From the NCBI RefSeq assembly GCF_003704095.1, contig NW_020846122.1, positions 310,001-374,000 of the forward strand: a stretch of DNA of 64,000 nt. Direction: 5' to 3'. The position numbers and the translations under genes are program-made. The stretch comes from Pocillopora damicornis (Eukaryota). The notes below the pieces were generated by a model. That model saw only the letters and a list, made by a program, of their open reading frames with translations, searched no databases and was not told where the DNA came from. Numbering within the stretch: the stretch's first letter is position 1; every line of letters starts with the position of its first letter. Shown piece by piece: positions 60,401-64,000 of this stretch.

Positions 60401-61313
60401 ACAATATTGTACACTCCTCCATTCGGAGTCTAAGCTTTACATTAAATAACGTTACGCAAGAAAAAACGAGGAATGAGGGCACAGAGAACAATTAGGGCGT
60501 TACCTGGGATGTGTCCACTCCATTAAAGATACATTAGGTCAAGTGTAAATCTACTTGCTTGCTATCTCAAATAGAACGCTTGAATTCTTCCCTAAAAAAG
60601 ATCATTTCTCTTCCTTTCCAATGTCGTTTCCATTGTTTAAAATAATCGCCCCGTTTTTTGCCGTCGGGTCAAGACTTCATGCGATACACCAAGTGTCCAT
60701 TCAAGGGACTATCTATAAAAAATTATTCATCCTAGTGCCTAGATCAGGAGATTTTACCGTTGTCCGTTCATTTTCTCCTGCTTCTTCGGACTAGGATAGT
60801 AAAATACATCGTGATCTTTTACTTATTTGTAAACAGTAACATTACATTACCATCAAATACTGAGCTTATCTAAAGAAAAATCAGTTATTGATGGGAATCA
60901 ACTTTCGCTGCGTACGCTCAGCTTACATCATCATCACCACTCGCCCCTGGATAAATTGAGCCCTACCTGCTAAGCAGGCCATGTACGAATGAGATCAAGA
61001 AAAAAAAAGTTAAGTCACGGGATACCAAAAAGATGTTTTCCAACGATAAAGGGTACGTTGTACTTTACAAACATGTAATCCTGAACGTAAAATTATTGGT
61101 TGTACATCAAATCTTTAAATACTTAAAGGAGGCACCCACATAAGATTGCTTCTTGTTTAATTTTGCGTGACAAACTCAAGGAGACTGTACAAAGAGTGTT
61201 TTGCCACGTGTGTATCATACATGTTGGTGTGACATGTTGTGGAGCGGACTTGCTGTGACAATGACAGGAGTGACCAACATGCGTTGTGTGACCATCAGAG
61301 GCCAGTGATTGCG

Positions 61314-63617
61314 CTACAATGCTCTTTCGTGATCTTCAGGTAAACCATTCGCCAAGGACGCAGCACCAATTCCTTTCAACACCATACTTTCTTCATCAGA
61401 TCCGGGAGTAACCAGTAGTCTCTTGTTCAAATCTGGCGGAGGTTTCCGTGAGTGATTGAGTTGCGGTAATCGAGGTGGCACCTTCCCGCCACTCGACACA
61501 GACTCCGTGTCGGAGATCTCAGACGAACGGTCGCTGTCTAACGTGGAGGATGCGGATGAACCATCTGGAAACAAAGCAAATAATCGTCAGTAAGTCTGGT
61601 ATCGAGCCCAGAGGCACACGAGGCTAAAGCTTTACCCTTGGTTGCGTGGGATAAACTGACTACTGCTCGGGATATCGGGTGCTTGTGCTTGGCCCCTAGT
61701 GGGCCCGCCAACATGCGCGTAGGTCTATCAAATAGGAAGACAAACAATTTTTTTTACCCAGTAAAGCCATAAGTTCAACCTACGTTGCAAAAAAGGTAAG
61801 GCGTGGAACAATTGACTCGAACCCGCCGTTATTTTGAGATCATTTCCGTTATACGATGTACTCACTATCTGTTCGTTAGAAAGTGAATTAAAATTGTGAA
61901 AAGAAATGAAAATCTCATCTGTTGCGTTTTATACCTGTCTCATCTTCTTCCTCCTGCATCTCGCTGAGCGGTTCTAGCGGTGTGACCGCTTTCTGTTGTT
62001 GCTGCTGTACAAGGGGTTCGCCCGTTTGCGATGATAGAGATAAATCCAGCTTGCCGCCCTTATTGAGCCTGTCACACATCAGCGCAATGTGTTTCTTTAG
62101 CTTGCTTGTATCTTTAGGAATCTTCATGGCTGAAACACCAACTGTAGGCAGAGTCAAAGAACACTGAGCGAGATTTGTACACACGGTTGGTGCAAGTTTT
62201 TTCCAAAAAAATTCCAAACCTCTTTTTTTTTTTTTTCCAAAAAATTATTTCAACGTTCAGACTCATTAAATCAGAGACAATTTAAAATTAAACGGAGGTA
62301 CTAACCAGCCTGATCCTTTGCACTTTTTGCCAAACAGGTCCGCAATAGGTGCGTAATTGCAGCATCTGTAATTTCCTCCCAGCCCTGAACACAAGGAAAG
62401 ACACAGAATTACATAAGCGATGTATTTCAACAATCTGAAACAGCAAATTACAGATGTAACTTGTTTACCACCGTTACAAGAAAGAGTACTAGTGACACTG
62501 TTTACGTTCACCGAAACGAATTGAAAATGAATTGGAGGGAGGAGGAGAGGTGAATCCCCGAAGCAAGGAAGACTCCTGGAAATTAGCTGATATTTCATGA
62601 TAAGCTGACTTAAACACGCGTTTTGAGTGGTTCTTACCCATGATGCATTGGAGGGCAGACGCATAGATGACGTCACCATTAACAACCTTTTCTTTTTTAT
62701 TATTGAAAACAAATTGATTCCATGTTGCGGTGGCTCGAGACTATAAAAGATCGCAAAAAAAGTCAAAATGTGGTAAGAACATCAGCGACACACACAGCTG
62801 CGCCTAGTGTGCTAAATTTTCGGTCTTACCACATTTTAACGTCATTTGTGATCTATTACTAAACAGACGCACGGAAACATGGAATCTATTTGTTTAATGG
62901 AAACCAGATACACGACTTGAAATTGGCAGTAGTCGCTTTTTACGTTCGTTTTATCCTCTTGCTTTTTGCTTTTAGTTTGTGTCTGCTTTGTTGTATCGTT
63001 TTGATTTGTTTTTAACAACTCCGTTAATCCCACATAATTATTAAAAAGTTTGCGAGAATTATGAATGCTATAAAATTATCAAAGCTTATCTTTTCAGTTC
63101 CCTTTTTCATTTTCTTGTTCTTTTTTTTAAAGGATGTCACCTGACATTTCAAACTACGGATGCGAAGAAGACGAGTGATTTAAAAATTGCCAGAGAGGGA
63201 AAACCACATAATGTTCGCGACAAAAATTTGTCTCCTGTTGTTGTTCCTTTATGTGTATGTGTCTTTTCTTTTTTAACCGAATATATTTTGTACTTAAATC
63301 ACGCCATGAAACTGATACCTCACTTTTGTAAAATATTAGGAGCCTGTAGCTCGCATAAGTCTCTTGGTTTCCCTACTGGTTTCCTCGCTCCATGCTAAAT
63401 CTTCAGGTATATCATATTAATGTAAATGTAATTCCTCTGTTATTTTCACCGATGTATCATAATTAAAAAATGACAAAATAAAGAACAAACAATAAGAAAA
63501 TAATAATAAAATAAAAAAATACGATTGTAAAATACCTGTTCCCGTGATTCAGATACTTCGGGAGAAAGCGCAGTCTGAAGAACCTCAAAATCTTTATCTG
63601 ACATGTTGGTCCAAAGC
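61314..63617 (-). CDS. BBS9: Bardet-Biedl syndrome 9 protein (PTHB1), last four coding exons; gene continues beyond the window end
   Basis: Exons 63617-63536 (LWTNMSDKDFEVLQTALSPEVSESREQ), 62384-62306 (GWEEITDAAITHLLRTCLAKSAKDQA), 62141-61935 (MKIPKDTSKLKKHIALMCDRLNKGGKL) and 61564-61314 (stop). These match the PTHB1 C-terminus as I recall it (GWEETVDAAISHLLKTCLSKS..IPKDTSQLKKHITLLCDRLSKGGRL). Confidence 0.92.
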
Positions 63618-64000
63618 CTGTGGAGTAATTAAAAAAGATGAAAACAGATGACGTGAACAAATTCCTATATGGCGTGACATATGATGCCAGCATGGCGTAA
63701 CATGGCATAAAGTTGCGTTCGATCCTCATACGGAATGTCACGCAAAGAATACACAGACCTTGCCTAAAACACATCGTTCAGAGCCACATCCAAGTGCGAA
63801 AAATTCAACTCGCTAACGCGAAGTGGAGTGTTTCTTTTAAACCCGCTCGAGAAAAATTCTTTCACGTTTTCTTACATATTCTCTGGTGTCGTTAAGAGCA
63901 ACTTTCAAGCGAGCGTCAGAGGTAATAAGGGACTGCCTTGTTTTTTTCTTCGCGTCACTGTGCGTCCAGAAAACTTGCGCCACTTTTTAATCCAATCAGA

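Overview
Eukaryotic, intron-rich, AT-rich animal DNA with four assembly gaps. The repeat families and Cys modules suggest an anthozoan/stony coral (inference). I built three spliced genes by hand from GT-AG sites and exon phases. (1) Minus strand, 24777->3254: at least 24 exons and about 3130 aa. Architecture: signal peptide, two MANEC/PAN-like Cys modules, a single 6234-nt exon encoding a ~2080-aa charge-blocked His/Asp/Glu/Lys/Tyr-rich disordered region, a Thr/Pro mucin stalk, a third MANEC-like module, then HormR(HRM), GAIN and an intact GPS (HL|SNFAVLM). Only ONE transmembrane helix follows, then a >=240-aa cytoplasmic tail with a PP1-type RVxF motif. This is an adhesion-GPCR ectodomain apparently without a 7TM, and it is the most novel item; a 500-N gap just after the TM is the main caveat. 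(2) Plus strand, 41159->57452: a BMPER/Crossveinless-2-like gene (signal peptide, only one visible vWC, vWD with GDPH, C8, TIL) with a perfect Smad BMP-response element in intron 1. (3) Minus strand: the 3' end of BBS9 (PTHB1), convergent with the BMPER-like gene; BBS9 and BMPER are also neighbours in human, which suggests ancient microsynteny. The rest is intronic/intergenic DNA with MITEs, tRNA-derived repeats and decayed hammerhead-ribozyme-like repeats.
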